Shown piece after piece: positions 8,522 to 21,574 of a DNA stretch of 64,000 nucleotides. Where the stretch lies: the NCBI GenBank assembly GCA_963827515.1, contig CAWHBF010000029.1, positions 336,092 to 400,091 on the forward strand. The letters run 5' to 3'. A program made the translations under genes and the position numbers. The first letter of the stretch is position 1. Every line of letters starts with the position of its first letter. The notes under the pieces were generated by a model that ran no database searches, was not told where the DNA came from, and saw only the letters and a list, made by a program, of their open reading frames with translations. Source of the stretch: an uncultured Acidobacteriota bacterium (GTDB lineage Bacteria; Acidobacteriota; Vicinamibacteria; Vicinamibacterales; UBA2999).

Positions 8522-11500
8522 ATGACGCCGGGACACGACATCGACGCGCTGCGGAGGAAGCTGGACAACACCCGCGGCCGGGAATACTGGCGAAGTCTCG
8601 AATCTCTGGCGGAAACGCCGGAGTTCAAGGAATTCCTTCACCGCGAGTTCCCGCAGAACGCGTCGGAGTGGCTCGACCCCGTCGGCCGCCGCAATTTCCT
8701 CAAACTGATGGGCGCTTCGCTCGCCCTGGCGGGCGTCAGCGCGTGCACTCGGCAGCCGACCGAGGAGCTCGTGCCGTACGTGCGCCAGCCGGAGGAGCTC
8801 GTGCCCGGCAAGCCGCTGTTCTACGCGACCGCGATGCCAATGAGCGGGGCGGGAATGGGGCTCCTCGTCGAGAGCCACGAAGGCCGGCCCACGAAAATCG
8901 AGGGGAATCCGGATCATCCTTCGAGCCGCGGCGCAACCGACGTCTTTGCGCAGGCGGCGATTCTTGGTCTCTACGACCCTGATCGGTCACAGACCCTGAC
9001 CAATCTCGGCGACATTCGTCCCTTTGAGGCCTTTGCCGGCGCGGCGCAGGCGATGCTCGCCAGCCAGCGGTCATCACAGGGCGTCGGGTTCCGGATACTG
9101 ACGGAGACGGTCGCCTCGCCTACGCTGGCAGCCCAGCTCCGCGGCTTGGTCGCGCAGTATCCGCGCGCCAAGTGGGTCCAGTGGGAGCCGGTCGGCCGCC
9201 ACAATGCCCGCGAGGGAAGCCGACTCGCCTTCGGCGAGTACGCGGACGCGCGGTATGCCATCGAAAAGGCAACGGTCATTCTGTCGCTCGACGCGGACTT
9301 TCTGTGCACCGGCGCCGCCGGCCTCAAGCACGCCCGCGCGTTTGCGTCCCGCCGCCGAATCGAAGGGGATCGCTCACAAGTCAATCGGTTGTATGCGGTC
9401 GAGAGTACGGCCACGAATACGGGAACGCGTGCCGATCATCGACTTTCCCTGCGCGCCTCGCAGATCGAATCGTTCGCGCGTGCGCTGGCCGCGCAGCTCG
9501 GCGTGAACGGCGTTGCCGCCGCTGTTCCCGAGGCAGCCAGCGCGTGGCTTGCTCCGTTGGTCAAGGATCTTCAGGCCCATCGCGGACAGAGCATCGTGAT
9601 TGCGGGCGATGGACAGCCGGCGGTTGTCCACGCACTGGCTCACGCAATCAACGAGGCTCTCGGCAACGTCGGCTCCACCGTCACCTACACACAGACGGCG
9701 GAATCGCAACCGATGAACCAGCTTGCGGGGTTGCAGGAGCTTGTGGGCGAGATGTACGCAGGCACGGTCGAGTTCCTGTTGATCCTGGGCGGCAACCCGG
9801 TCTACACCGCCCCCTCGGATCTGAACTTCCCCGCGGCGATCGAGCGGGTGCCGACACGCGCACATCTCAGCCTCTACGAGGACGAGACGTCCGCGCTCTG
9901 CCAATGGCACATCCCCGAGGCGCACTTCCTCGAAGCCTGGGGTGACGTGCGCGCAGATGACGGCACGGCGACGATTATTCAGCCGTTGATCGCGCCGCTC
10001 TACGGTGGGAAGTCGGCTCACGAGGTCGTATCGGCGATCGACGGGCGCGGGCGGTCTGGATACGACCTTGTCCGAGAGCATTGGTCGCGAGAGACAGGCC
10101 TGTCGACGCAGGTCCCAGCGGCACCCCCGTCGGTGGCGCCCGCGCCGGCACCGCTTGTTCCGGCCGCAACGCCGGGCGTCGCCACCGGAGACGCCGGAGT
10201 GCCACCTGCGGCGCCGCCGTCGCCGATTGCAGCCGCGCCGGTGCCACAACTCTCGCCGTTCGATCGTGAGTGGCGCCGATGGCTGCACAACGGCGTCGTT
10301 CCGAACACGGCATTTGCGGCCAGAACGGTGACACTCCGTGTTGGTTTCACCCAGCCCACGCCGGCCGCTACCGCCGAGGCATCGGGCCTGGAGATCGTCT
10401 TCCGCCCGGATCCGAGCGTGTACGACGGCCGCTTCGCCAACAACGCGTGGCTCCAGGAGCTTCCGAAATCGCTCACGAAACTCACATGGGACAACGCCGC
10501 GCTGGTGTCTCCGGCCACGGCCGCCCGGCTCTCGCTCATCAGCGGCGATGTCGTCGATCTCAAGCACGGCAGCCGCACGGTTCGGATGCCTGTGTGGCTC
10601 GCACCAGGACAGGCCCCGGACACGCTCACGCTGCATCTCGGGTACGGCCGCACGCGTGCGGGCCGCGCAGGAAACGGGACCGGCTTCAACGTGAATCCCC
10701 TTCGTACAGACTGGCGCCCTCGACACCTTGACCGGTGTCGAGCTCGTCAAGACCGGCGAGCGCTATGAGCTTGCATCGACACAGGATCACTGGTCGCTCG
10801 AAGGGCGCAACCTCGTACGGGTGGGCACGGTGGCGCAGTACGCCGCGGATCCGCTGTTCGCTCAGAAGATGGAGCTCCAGCCCCTCGCCAGCCTCACGAT
10901 GTACGGCGACTTCAAGTACCGAAGGCTATGCGTGGGGCATGGCGATCGATCAGAACGTCTGCACCGGGTGCAACTCCTGCGTCGTCGCATGCCAGGCGGA
11001 AAACAACGTCCCGGTCGTCGGCAAAGCTCAGGTGCTCAACGGCCGCGAGATGCACTGGCTGCGCGTGGATCGGTATTACACCGGCGACATCGAGAACCCC
11101 GACACCTACCATCAGCCGATGTTGTGCCAACAGTGCGAGGCCGCGCCGTGCGAAGTGGTATGTCCCGTGTCAGCGACGGTCCACAACGACGAGGGCTTGA
11201 ACGACATGGTCTACAACCGGTGCGTCGGGACGCGCTACTGCTCGAACAATTGTCCTTACAAGGTGCGGCGGTTCAATTTCCTGCTCTACCAGGATTGGGA
11301 CACGCCAAGCCTGAAGTTGCAGCGGAACCCGGACGTCACGGTGCGAAGCCGCGGCGTCATGGAGAAGTGCACCTACTGCGTGCAACGCATCAACCTCGCG
11401 CGAGTGTCGGCCAAGCTCGAGGATCGCGACATTCGCGATGGTGAGGTGGCGACCGCGTGCCAGTCGGCGTGCCCCACGGAAGCCATCGTGTTCGGCAATG

Positions 11501-11666
11501 TCAACGATCCCAACAGCCGCGTCGCCCGGCTGAAGGCCAGCTCTCTCAATTACGCGCTGCTGGCTGAGCTCAATACCCGTCCGCGGACTACCTACATGGC
11601 GATCGTACGGAACCCGAATACCGATCTGGAGCCTGCAAGCCCAGCCGCCGCGGAGGAAGGGGCCTG

Positions 11667-11667
<1 letters not shown>
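8522..11667 (+). CDS. actB: Alternative Complex III subunit ActB (Mo-oxidoreductase-like plus 4Fe-4S domain); two frame disruptions
   Basis: ORF 8522-10768: Tat-like signal [52 protein letters not shown]. It continues in frame 10728 ([21 protein letters not shown]) and then in frame 10735-11667 ([52 protein letters not shown]). The shifts are at the CCCC run 10697-10700 and at ~10920. Confidence 0.9.
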
Positions 11668-13082
<1,415 letters not shown>

Positions 13083-13083
13083 G

Positions 13084-13635
13084 GTGATGGCACACGTCGA
13101 GGTGTCACCCACGCTCTACGGTCTCATGGCGGAGTTCGAGACGCCGACGGCGCTCGTGACCGCGGCCGAGCGCGCACGCCTCGCGGGCTACCGGAACATG
13201 GACGCCTACTCTCCGATTCCCATCGAGGAGCTGAACGAGGCGCTCGGACTGCGACGGACGCGGTTGCCGATGCTCGTCTTGCTCGGGGGAATCATCGGGG
13301 GCCTCTCAGGGTACGCGCTGGAATACTGGACGCAGACGACGGCCTACCCGCTGAATATCGGTGGCCGGCCGCTTCACAGCTGGCCGCACTTCATTCCGGT
13401 GGCCTTCGAAACGACTGTGCTCGGCGCCGCGCTGTCTGCATTTGTCGGTATGTGGGTGCGGAACAAACTGCCGATGCCGTACCACCCCGTCTTCAACGTG
13501 CCGGCGTTTGTCCGTGCGTCGCGGGATCGGTTTTTCCTGTGCATCGAAACGACCGACCCGCGGTTCGATCGGCAGGCCACGGCGCAGTTCCTCGAAAGCC
13601 TGCATCCGGTGGGAGTCTCCGAAGTTGTCCCGTAA
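13084..13635 (+). CDS. actD: Alternative Complex III subunit ActD (DUF3341-type)
   Basis: 183-aa ORF. N-terminus LYGLMAEFETPTALVTAAERARLAGYRNMDAYSPIPIEEL followed by two TM helices, as in ActD. Operon position. Confidence 0.8.
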   Translation: MMAHVEVSPTLYGLMAEFETPTALVTAAERARLAGYRNMDAYSPIPIEELNEALGLRRTRLPMLVLLGGIIGGLSGYALEYWTQTTAYPLNIGGRPLHSWPHFIPVAFETTVLGAALSAFVGMWVRNKLPMPYHPVFNVPAFVRASRDRFFLCIETTDPRFDRQATAQFLESLHPVGVSEVVP

Positions 13636-14212
13636 CGCCGTGCTCCTCGTCGTGGCTGGATGCGCGTTCCTGGCGGCGTGTCGCCAGGATATGCACGATG
13701 CGCCGCGGTACGAGCCGCTCGAAGCCAGCACCTTCTTCACCGATGGGCGCGGCTCCAGAACCCTCGTGGCGAACACCGTTGCGCGCGGCATGCTGCGCGA
13801 GGACGAGCACCTCTATCAGGGAAAAATCGACGGCCAGCTCACCGACAGCTTCCCGATGCCGGTGACTGCGGAGGTGATGGCCCGCGGCCGTGAGCGGTTC
13901 AATGTGTTCTGCGCTCCGTGCCACGGTCGGACCGGACAGGGCAACGGCATGGTCGTGCAACGTGGGTTCCGTGCGCCACCGTCGTTCCACGAGGAGCGGC
14001 TCCGTACCGCGCCGGTCGGCTATTTCTTCGATGTGCAGACGAACGGATTCGGCGCTATGGCGGACTACGCGGCGCAGGTGCCGGTGGCAGACCGATGGGC
14101 GATCGCGGCGTTCATTCGGGCTCTCCAGTTCAGCCAGCGCGCCACCGTTGGCGACGTGCCACCTGAGCGCCGCGCCGAACTCGACGCGCCGACGCCACAG
14201 GAGACACCGTAA
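13625..14212 (+). CDS. actE: Alternative Complex III subunit ActE (monoheme cytochrome c lipoprotein)
   Basis: In the frame of ORF 13361-14212. Proposed TTG start at 13625, preceded by GGGAG, gives MSRNAVLLVVAGCAFLAAC (lipobox). Single CAPCH motif. Overlaps the actD end by 11 nt. Confidence 0.8.
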   Translation: MSRNAVLLVVAGCAFLAACRQDMHDAPRYEPLEASTFFTDGRGSRTLVANTVARGMLREDEHLYQGKIDGQLTDSFPMPVTAEVMARGRERFNVFCAPCHGRTGQGNGMVVQRGFRAPPSFHEERLRTAPVGYFFDVQTNGFGAMADYAAQVPVADRWAIAAFIRALQFSQRATVGDVPPERRAELDAPTPQETP

Positions 14213-15429
14213 TGGCCGACATGACCCACACGCGGCCTGGCGACATCGACGTGTATCGCGCGCGAGCCCTCAAGGCCGGTGGTCTGGGGCTCGTGGCCTG
14301 CGCGATTGGGTTCGTCTTTGATCGCGACCACTTTTTCAGGTCCTGGCTGATCGCGTACCTGTTCTTCCTCGGCATCGCGCTCGGGTCGATGGGTTTGATG
14401 ATGATTCAGCACCTGTCCGGTGGCGCCTGGGGCGTGTTCCGCCGGGTGTTCGAGGCGTCGAGCCGGACGCTTCCGCTGCTGGCGCTGCTGTTCATGCCCG
14501 TCGTGCTCGGGATGGGGACCTTATATCCCTGGACACATCCTGACCACGTGCTGGAGGACGAAATACTTCGCCACAAGGCGGCGTATCTGAACACCGGCTT
14601 CTTCCTGATCCGGGCCCTGGTCTACTTCACCGGCTGGATTCTGATCGCGTGGACGATGACCCGCTGGTCGCAGCAGCAGGACGAAGGGGACATGAGCGTC
14701 AACCTCCGGCTGCAATACCTCAGCGGCGGGGGCCTGGTGTTCTATACGCTCGCGGCCACCTTTGCGTCGGTCGATTGGATCATGTCGATCAATCCGCACT
14801 GGTACTCGACGCTCTTCGGCTTCCTCTTCGTCGGCGGCCAGGGTCTCTCCGCGCTCGCATTCACCATCGTGGTGAGCACCTATCTCGTGAGGCACGAGCC
14901 GATGGCGGGAGTGCTCAAGCCGCACCATTTCCAGGACTTGGGCAAGCTGTCGCTGGCGTTCGTGATGCTCTGGGCCTACTTCAACTTCTCCCAGTTCCTG
15001 CTGGTGTACGCCGCCAATCTGGTCGAGGAGGTCCCGTATTTCCTCGCGCGCATGAATCACGGGTGGCAGTATCTCGCCCTGTTTCTCGTCGTGTTTCATT
15101 TCGCCGTGCCCTTCTCGCTCCTGCTGTCCCGCGACATGAAGCGGGTGCCGCACCGCCTCGTCTGGGTGGCCCTCGCGCTGCTGGCGGTTCGCTACGTCGA
15201 CCTGTTCCTGCTCGTCTCGCCGGAATTCGCGTCGACGGGCGAAAACCTCCATCTGCTCGAGGGTGAGCACGCGTCTGGGCTGTTCGTGCACTGGCTGGAT
15301 CTCGCGGCGCCGCTCGCGATCGGCGGCCTGTGGACGTGGATGTTCCTGACGCAGTTGGCGCAGCGGCCCGTCCTGGCGGTGAGTGACCCCTACCTCCGCG
15401 AGGCACTCGAGAGTTCAGGGGGCCATTGA
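14212..15429 (+). CDS. actF: Alternative Complex III subunit ActF (second NrfD-like membrane subunit)
   Basis: 405-aa polytopic ORF. ATG overlaps the actE stop. Operon position. Confidence 0.85.
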   Translation: MADMTHTRPGDIDVYRARALKAGGLGLVACAIGFVFDRDHFFRSWLIAYLFFLGIALGSMGLMMIQHLSGGAWGVFRRVFEASSRTLPLLALLFMPVVLGMGTLYPWTHPDHVLEDEILRHKAAYLNTGFFLIRALVYFTGWILIAWTMTRWSQQQDEGDMSVNLRLQYLSGGGLVFYTLAATFASVDWIMSINPHWYSTLFGFLFVGGQGLSALAFTIVVSTYLVRHEPMAGVLKPHHFQDLGKLSLAFVMLWAYFNFSQFLLVYAANLVEEVPYFLARMNHGWQYLALFLVVFHFAVPFSLLLSRDMKRVPHRLVWVALALLAVRYVDLFLLVSPEFASTGENLHLLEGEHASGLFVHWLDLAAPLAIGGLWTWMFLTQLAQRPVLAVSDPYLREALESSGGH

Positions 15430-15935
15430 TGGACCAGCATCATGCCGCGGGGCACGCCTCCGCTGACGACGAGTACCTGGAAACACCGCCGGGCTCGACC
15501 TATGAGCACACCGACGCCACCGTCGGGATCATCGTGAAGCTCCTGTTCTCGCTGGCCGTGTTGGCCGTGGTGATCCACTTCGGCCTGGGCGTGGTGTACG
15601 CCCTCTTGATCGATCGCGCGATGGAAACCGGGGAGCGGCGCTACCCGCTCGCGGCCGCCCAGGGCGAACGGCTGCCACCCGCGCCGAGGTTGCAGCAGAA
15701 ACCACAGAACGAGTTCTTTGAGTTTCGGCGCGACGAGCAGAGCCTCCTCGAGGGTTACGGGTGGATGAACCGGAACGAGGGCCTCGTCCACATCCCCATC
15801 GAGGAAGCCATGCGGCTGACGGTGGAGCGCGGGACACTGTCTTCTACTACAGCTGACGGCGGCGAGCCTCGAACACCCGGGTTGATGCCGACGGACGCGA
15901 GTGCCGGCCGCGTGGTGGAACGGAGAAGGCAGTAA
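15426..15935 (+). CDS. small single-TM membrane protein in the ActG position (function unknown)
   Basis: 169-aa ORF with an ATGA overlap with actF. One TM helix (VGIIVKLLFSLAVLAVVIHFGLGVVYALLI). Protein-like composition. Confidence 0.6.
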   Translation: MMDQHHAAGHASADDEYLETPPGSTYEHTDATVGIIVKLLFSLAVLAVVIHFGLGVVYALLIDRAMETGERRYPLAAAQGERLPPAPRLQQKPQNEFFEFRRDEQSLLEGYGWMNRNEGLVHIPIEEAMRLTVERGTLSSTTADGGEPRTPGLMPTDASAGRVVERRRQ

Positions 15936-15937
15936 CA

Positions 15938-16046
15938 CGAAATGCAAAATTCGAAATTCAAAATGCAAAAAGAGAGAGGCGGGCCGGGCGTGGGTTCCCG
16001 GCTCGGTGTTTCATTTTGCCTTTTGAATTTTGCCTTTTGCATTTCG
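15938..16046. repeat. AT-rich 33-bp imperfect inverted repeat with a 43-nt GC-rich spacer, at the ACIII/SCO1 junction
   Basis: Left arm cgaaatgcaaaattcgaaattcaaaatgcaaaa (15938-15970). Right arm ttttgccttttgaattttgccttttgcatttcg (16014-16046). 29/33 positions are complementary. The spacer holds a small hairpin gccggg..cccggc. The repeat starts 3 nt after the TAA of the upstream gene. Confidence 0.8.
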
Positions 16047-16867
16047 GCCTTTGCGCCAGACCGCTGGTCCGGGTGGTTATGTCGATCCCCAGGCGCCCGG
16101 TGTGGTCTCCACGTCGACGCCGCCCCAGCTCAAAGGCGTGGGCTTCAAGCAGCGCCTCGACGAGGCGCTGCCGCTCGACGCGATGTTCAAGGACGACAAC
16201 GGCCGCCAGATGCGGCTCGGGCAGTTCTTCGGGAACAAGCCCGTGATCCTGGCTTTCGTGTACTACCAGTGCCCGATGTTGTGCACCCAGGTGATGAACG
16301 GCTTGTCCAGCGCCCTGAAAGTCATGCCGTTTGTGGCAGGCAAGGACTACGACGTCGTGCTGGTCAGCTTCGATCCACGCGACACGCCGGCGATTGCCGC
16401 CGAGAAGAAGCGAGCGCATCTGGAGTATTGGTCGACCGAGCGCGACGGTGCGGCGTGGCACTTGCTGACGGGCGACGAAGCCTCGATTCGCCGCGCGACG
16501 TCGGCGGCGGGGTTCACGTATCAGTGGGATGAGCGCACGGGGCAGTTTGCACACGTGAGTGGTGTTCTCGTCGTCACCCCCGACGGGCGGCTGTCCCGGG
16601 TACTTTTACGGCGTCGAGTTTTCACCGAAAGAGCTCCGCCTGGCGCTCGTCGAATCCGGGCAGGGCCGCATCGGTTCCGCCATCGACGAGCTGCTGCTGT
16701 ATTGCTTCCACTACGACCCGGAAAGCGGCCGCTACGGCCTCGTGGTGATGAACATCGTGCGCCTTGGCGGCGCACTGACCGTGTTGTTCATGGGCAGCTT
16801 CATTCTGTTGATGCGGCGTCGCGAGTCGCGGCCGCCGACACCGAGCCGGTTGGAAAGCCGCGCATGA
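16030..16867 (+). CDS. SCO1/SenC-family copper chaperone with C-terminal TM helix; frame disruption at ~16595
   Basis: ORF 16030-16875 has the CPMLC (CxxxC) thioredoxin-like core (ILAFVYYQCPMLCTQV). It continues in ORF 16559-16867 (YFYGVEFSPKELRLALVE ... YCFHYDPESGRYG plus a TM helix). The shift is in cccggg near 16590. The N-terminus is uncertain: frame 15942 encodes a signal-peptide-like MQNSKFKMQKERGGPGVGSRLGVSFCLLNFAFCISAFA, which would join QTAGPGGYVDPQ after a 1-nt shift near 16056. Confidence 0.75.
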
Positions 16868-16881
16868 GACCGTAGCGTTTT

Positions 16882-17898
16882 ATGTTCGAAGGTATCCCAC
16901 TCTTCCCCGAACAGGCCTCCACCCTCGCCCCCGCGGTGGACAACCTGTATTTCTTCGTCACGGCGGTGACGGCGTTCTTCGCGCTGCTCGTCGTGGTGTT
17001 CGTCATCATTTTCGCGATCAAGTACCGCGACCGGACCGGCGAACGAATCGGGTCTCCAATCACGGGTTCTGTGGCGCTGGAGCTCGGCTGGACCATCATC
17101 CCGTTTCTCGTGTCGATGGTGATCTTCGCCTGGTCGACCATCGTGTTCTTTCAACTGGTGCGCGCGCCGGATCAAACGCTCGAGATTTACGCCACGGGCA
17201 AGCGCTGGATGTGGAGGTTTCAGCACATCGATGGTCAGAGCGAGATCAACGAGCTGCACGTGCCGCTCGGCCGCCCGGTCAAGGTGGTGTTCACATCCGA
17301 GGACGTGCTGCATTCGCTGTTTGTTCCCGCCTTCCGCGTGAAGGCGGACGCGATCCCCGGCCGCTACAGTTCGGTCTGGTTCACGCCGACCAAGACGGGC
17401 GAGTACCACCTCTTCTGCGCGGAGTACTGCGGGACGAAGCATTCAGGAATGATCGGCACGGTGGTCGTCATGGAGCCGAACGATTACCAGGTCTGGCTGA
17501 GCGGCGGCGGCGGTGTGTCGATGTCGGCGCGAGGCGAGCGGTTGTTTCAGCAGCACGGCTGCGTCAGCTGTCATCTCACCGATGGCTCCGGGCGCGGTCC
17601 TTCGCTCGCAGGCAAGTTCGGGACGCAGGAGACGCTGGCGACCGGAGCCACCGTGACGGTCGACGACACGTATATCCGCGAATCGATCTTGACGCCGCAA
17701 GCGAAGCTGGTGGCGGGGTATCAGCCGCTGATGCCGACCTTCCAGGGGCTCATCAACGAGGAAGGGTTGATGAGCCTGATCGAGTACATCAAGTCGCTGC
17801 CGTCCACCGGCCAGACGGGTGCGGCAGCGCAGGCGGGGACGACCGGCCAGGCGGCGCCGGCCCCGTCTCTGGCTCCTGGCGACGGCGGGCCAAGGTAA
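16882..17898 (+). CDS. coxB: cytochrome c oxidase subunit II with fused C-terminal cytochrome c domain (caa3-type)
   Basis: 338-aa ORF with two N-terminal TM helices, the CuA motif [15 protein letters not shown], and a C-terminal CVSCH heme c motif. Confidence 0.9.
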   Translation: MFEGIPLFPEQASTLAPAVDNLYFFVTAVTAFFALLVVVFVIIFAIKYRDRTGERIGSPITGSVALELGWTIIPFLVSMVIFAWSTIVFFQLVRAPDQTLEIYATGKRWMWRFQHIDGQSEINELHVPLGRPVKVVFTSEDVLHSLFVPAFRVKADAIPGRYSSVWFTPTKTGEYHLFCAEYCGTKHSGMIGTVVVMEPNDYQVWLSGGGGVSMSARGERLFQQHGCVSCHLTDGSGRGPSLAGKFGTQETLATGATVTVDDTYIRESILTPQAKLVAGYQPLMPTFQGLINEEGLMSLIEYIKSLPSTGQTGAAAQAGTTGQAAPAPSLAPGDGGPR

Positions 17899-17905
17899 TT
17901 ACCAA

Positions 17906-19511
<1,606 letters not shown>

Positions 19512-19519
<8 letters not shown>

Positions 19520-20237
19520 CGGTCTTGCGGCACACGCCGATCCGCACGGGCCCGCTTCCGCCACCGGCTTCGGCGCGGCCGACCACGCGCACCATCCGGC
19601 GCTCCAGCATCAATTTCAGACACTGGATCAGCAGCACGAGGCATCCACGCTCGGCATGTGGATCTTCCTGGTCACCGAAGTCATGTTCTTCGGCGGCCTG
19701 CTGATGGCCTACTTGCTGTACCGTGTGTGGTACCCCGAGGCCTGGTCGGAAGGCAGCCTCGAGCTCGACATCGTGCTCGGCGGTTTCAACACGGTCGTCC
19801 TGATCGGCAGCAGCTTGACGATGGCGCTCGGGGTGCGGGCCGCGCAGACCGGTGAGCAGAAGGCGACGGTGCGATGGTTGCTGCTGACGATCGCGCTGGG
19901 GCTGACCTTTCTGGTGGTCAAGGGTTTCGAGTATCACCACAAGTGGGAGCTCAACCACATTCCGGGCCCCAACTTCTCCTTTGAAGGCCCGCACGCCGCG
20001 CAGGTTCAGATCTTTCTCTCCCTGTACTTCGCGCTCACCGGATTGCACGCGCTCCATATGGTGATCGGGTGTGTTCTCATGGGCGTCATTACCTGGATGG
20101 CTCACAAGAAGCGGTTTTCACCTGAGTGGTACACGCCGGTGGAGCTTGCCGGTCTGTACTGGCACTTCGTGGACATCGTCTGGATTTTCCTGTTTCCACT
20201 GTTGTACCTGGTGGACAGGGCGCACCAGTTGGGTTGA
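19512..20237 (+). CDS. coxC: cytochrome c oxidase subunit III
   Basis: 241-aa ORF overlapping the coxA end. [16 protein letters not shown] and [17 protein letters not shown] are typical of subunit III. Confidence 0.88.
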
Positions 20238-20241
20238 GGCG

Positions 20242-20625
20242 ATGGCTGGTCACATCTCACCGAAATCGACGTACTACACCATCTTCGGATCGCTCATGGT
20301 GCTGACGGCCATCACCGTGACGATCGCGTTCGTCAACCTTGGGGCGCTGAACTTTCCGGTCGCGCTGTCGATCGCGATTCTGAAGGCGACGCTCGTGATC
20401 CTGTTCTTCATGCACGTGAAGTACAGCAGCCGCCTGACGCAGCTCATCTGCGGCGTGTCGTTCTTCTTCCTGGTGATCCTGTTCGGTCTCACCCTGACCG
20501 ACTACCTGTCACGCGGCTGGTTCGTGGCGCCCGGCGGTACCACGGGCGCGGGCACCCAGGTCAACGTCGGTCCGCCGGCGCCTGTCGAAGGGGCCGCCCA
20601 GCCCGGAGTCGCGCCAGAGCCTTAG
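20242..20625 (+). CDS. prokaryotic cytochrome c oxidase subunit IV family protein
   Basis: ATG at 20242 inside ORF 20071-20625. MAGHISPKSTYYTIFGSLMVLTAITV...ILKATLVILFFMHVKY, with three TM helices. Position directly after coxC. Confidence 0.8.
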   Translation: MAGHISPKSTYYTIFGSLMVLTAITVTIAFVNLGALNFPVALSIAILKATLVILFFMHVKYSSRLTQLICGVSFFFLVILFGLTLTDYLSRGWFVAPGGTTGAGTQVNVGPPAPVEGAAQPGVAPEP

Positions 20626-20707
20626 GCCTGCCCATACAGCGCACTCCTGCGATCCCTCGCGTGCGTTCGCGTCCGATTTCCTGAAAACCCACGGTAAGCT
20701 ATCGGGC

Positions 20708-21574
20708 ATGATTGGTCCGATACGCTCCATATTGTTCGTCCCTGGCACACGCCAGGACAGGTTCGAGAAGGCGATGTCCGCAGGAGCCGACGCCGTCGTC
20801 TTCGATCTCGAAGACAGCGTCGAGGCGGGGCAGAAGGCGAAGGCCCGCGCCCTGGTTGCGGAATTTCTGTCGACCCCGAACGACAAGACGCTTCGCCTCG
20901 TGCGATTCAATGCGGTGCAGACGCCGGAAGGCGAGGCGGACCTCGAGTTCTTCAGCGGAGTGATCGGGTTTGACGGCCTGCTACTGCCAAAGATCGAGAG
21001 CGCCGGTTCCGCCGAGCTTGTGGCGCAGGCCTTCGGTTGGGATGCGGACGCGGGCGCGGTTCCGCCTCTCCTGCTGATGCTCGAGACACCGCGTGCCATA
21101 CTTCGCGCCGGCGAGATCGCGATGGCCGACGCACCGGTTGGAGGCCTTCTCCTCGGAGCGGAGGACCTGACCGCCAGTCTCGCGATCGAACGGACGGTGG
21201 ACGGTGAAGAGCTCATGTTTGCTCGCGGACAAGTCGCGATGGCCGCGGCGGCGGTCCGGGCGGACGCGATCGATGCGGTCTTTACGAATCTCCACGACAT
21301 CGACTCGCTCAGACGCGACTGTCAGCGAGCCAGGGGACTGGGCTTTCGCGGCAAGATGGCTATTCACCCCAGACAGGTCGAGATCATCAACGAGGTCTTC
21401 ACGCCGAGTGCCTCCGAGGTGGATCGCGCCACACGCACCATCGCCGCGTATGAAAACGCGCGCGCGGGAGGAGAAGGCGTGATGGCCCTGGAGGGCCTGA
21501 TGGTCGAGCTCCCGGTCGTTGAGCGCGCGCGTCGAATTCTTGCCATCGCGGCGGGTCGGCAGCGTGTCGGATGA
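20708..21574 (+). CDS. HpcH/HpaI aldolase / citrate lyase beta (CitE)-like acyl-CoA lyase
   Basis: 288-aa ORF. RSILFVPGTRQDRFEKAMSAGADAVVFDLEDSV and ETPRAIL are typical CitE/malyl-CoA lyase-family motifs. Confidence 0.8.
   Translation: MIGPIRSILFVPGTRQDRFEKAMSAGADAVVFDLEDSVEAGQKAKARALVAEFLSTPNDKTLRLVRFNAVQTPEGEADLEFFSGVIGFDGLLLPKIESAGSAELVAQAFGWDADAGAVPPLLLMLETPRAILRAGEIAMADAPVGGLLLGAEDLTASLAIERTVDGEELMFARGQVAMAAAAVRADAIDAVFTNLHDIDSLRRDCQRARGLGFRGKMAIHPRQVEIINEVFTPSASEVDRATRTIAAYENARAGGEGVMALEGLMVELPVVERARRILAIAAGRQRVG

Noticed and set aside
15942-16532. 196-aa ORF starting in the AT-rich inverted repeat, considered as an independent gene
   Set aside because: Beyond about 38 codons it is an Arg/Ala-rich out-of-frame shadow of SCO1. 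Only its first part (signal-peptide-like) is considered, as a possible true SCO1 N-terminus.
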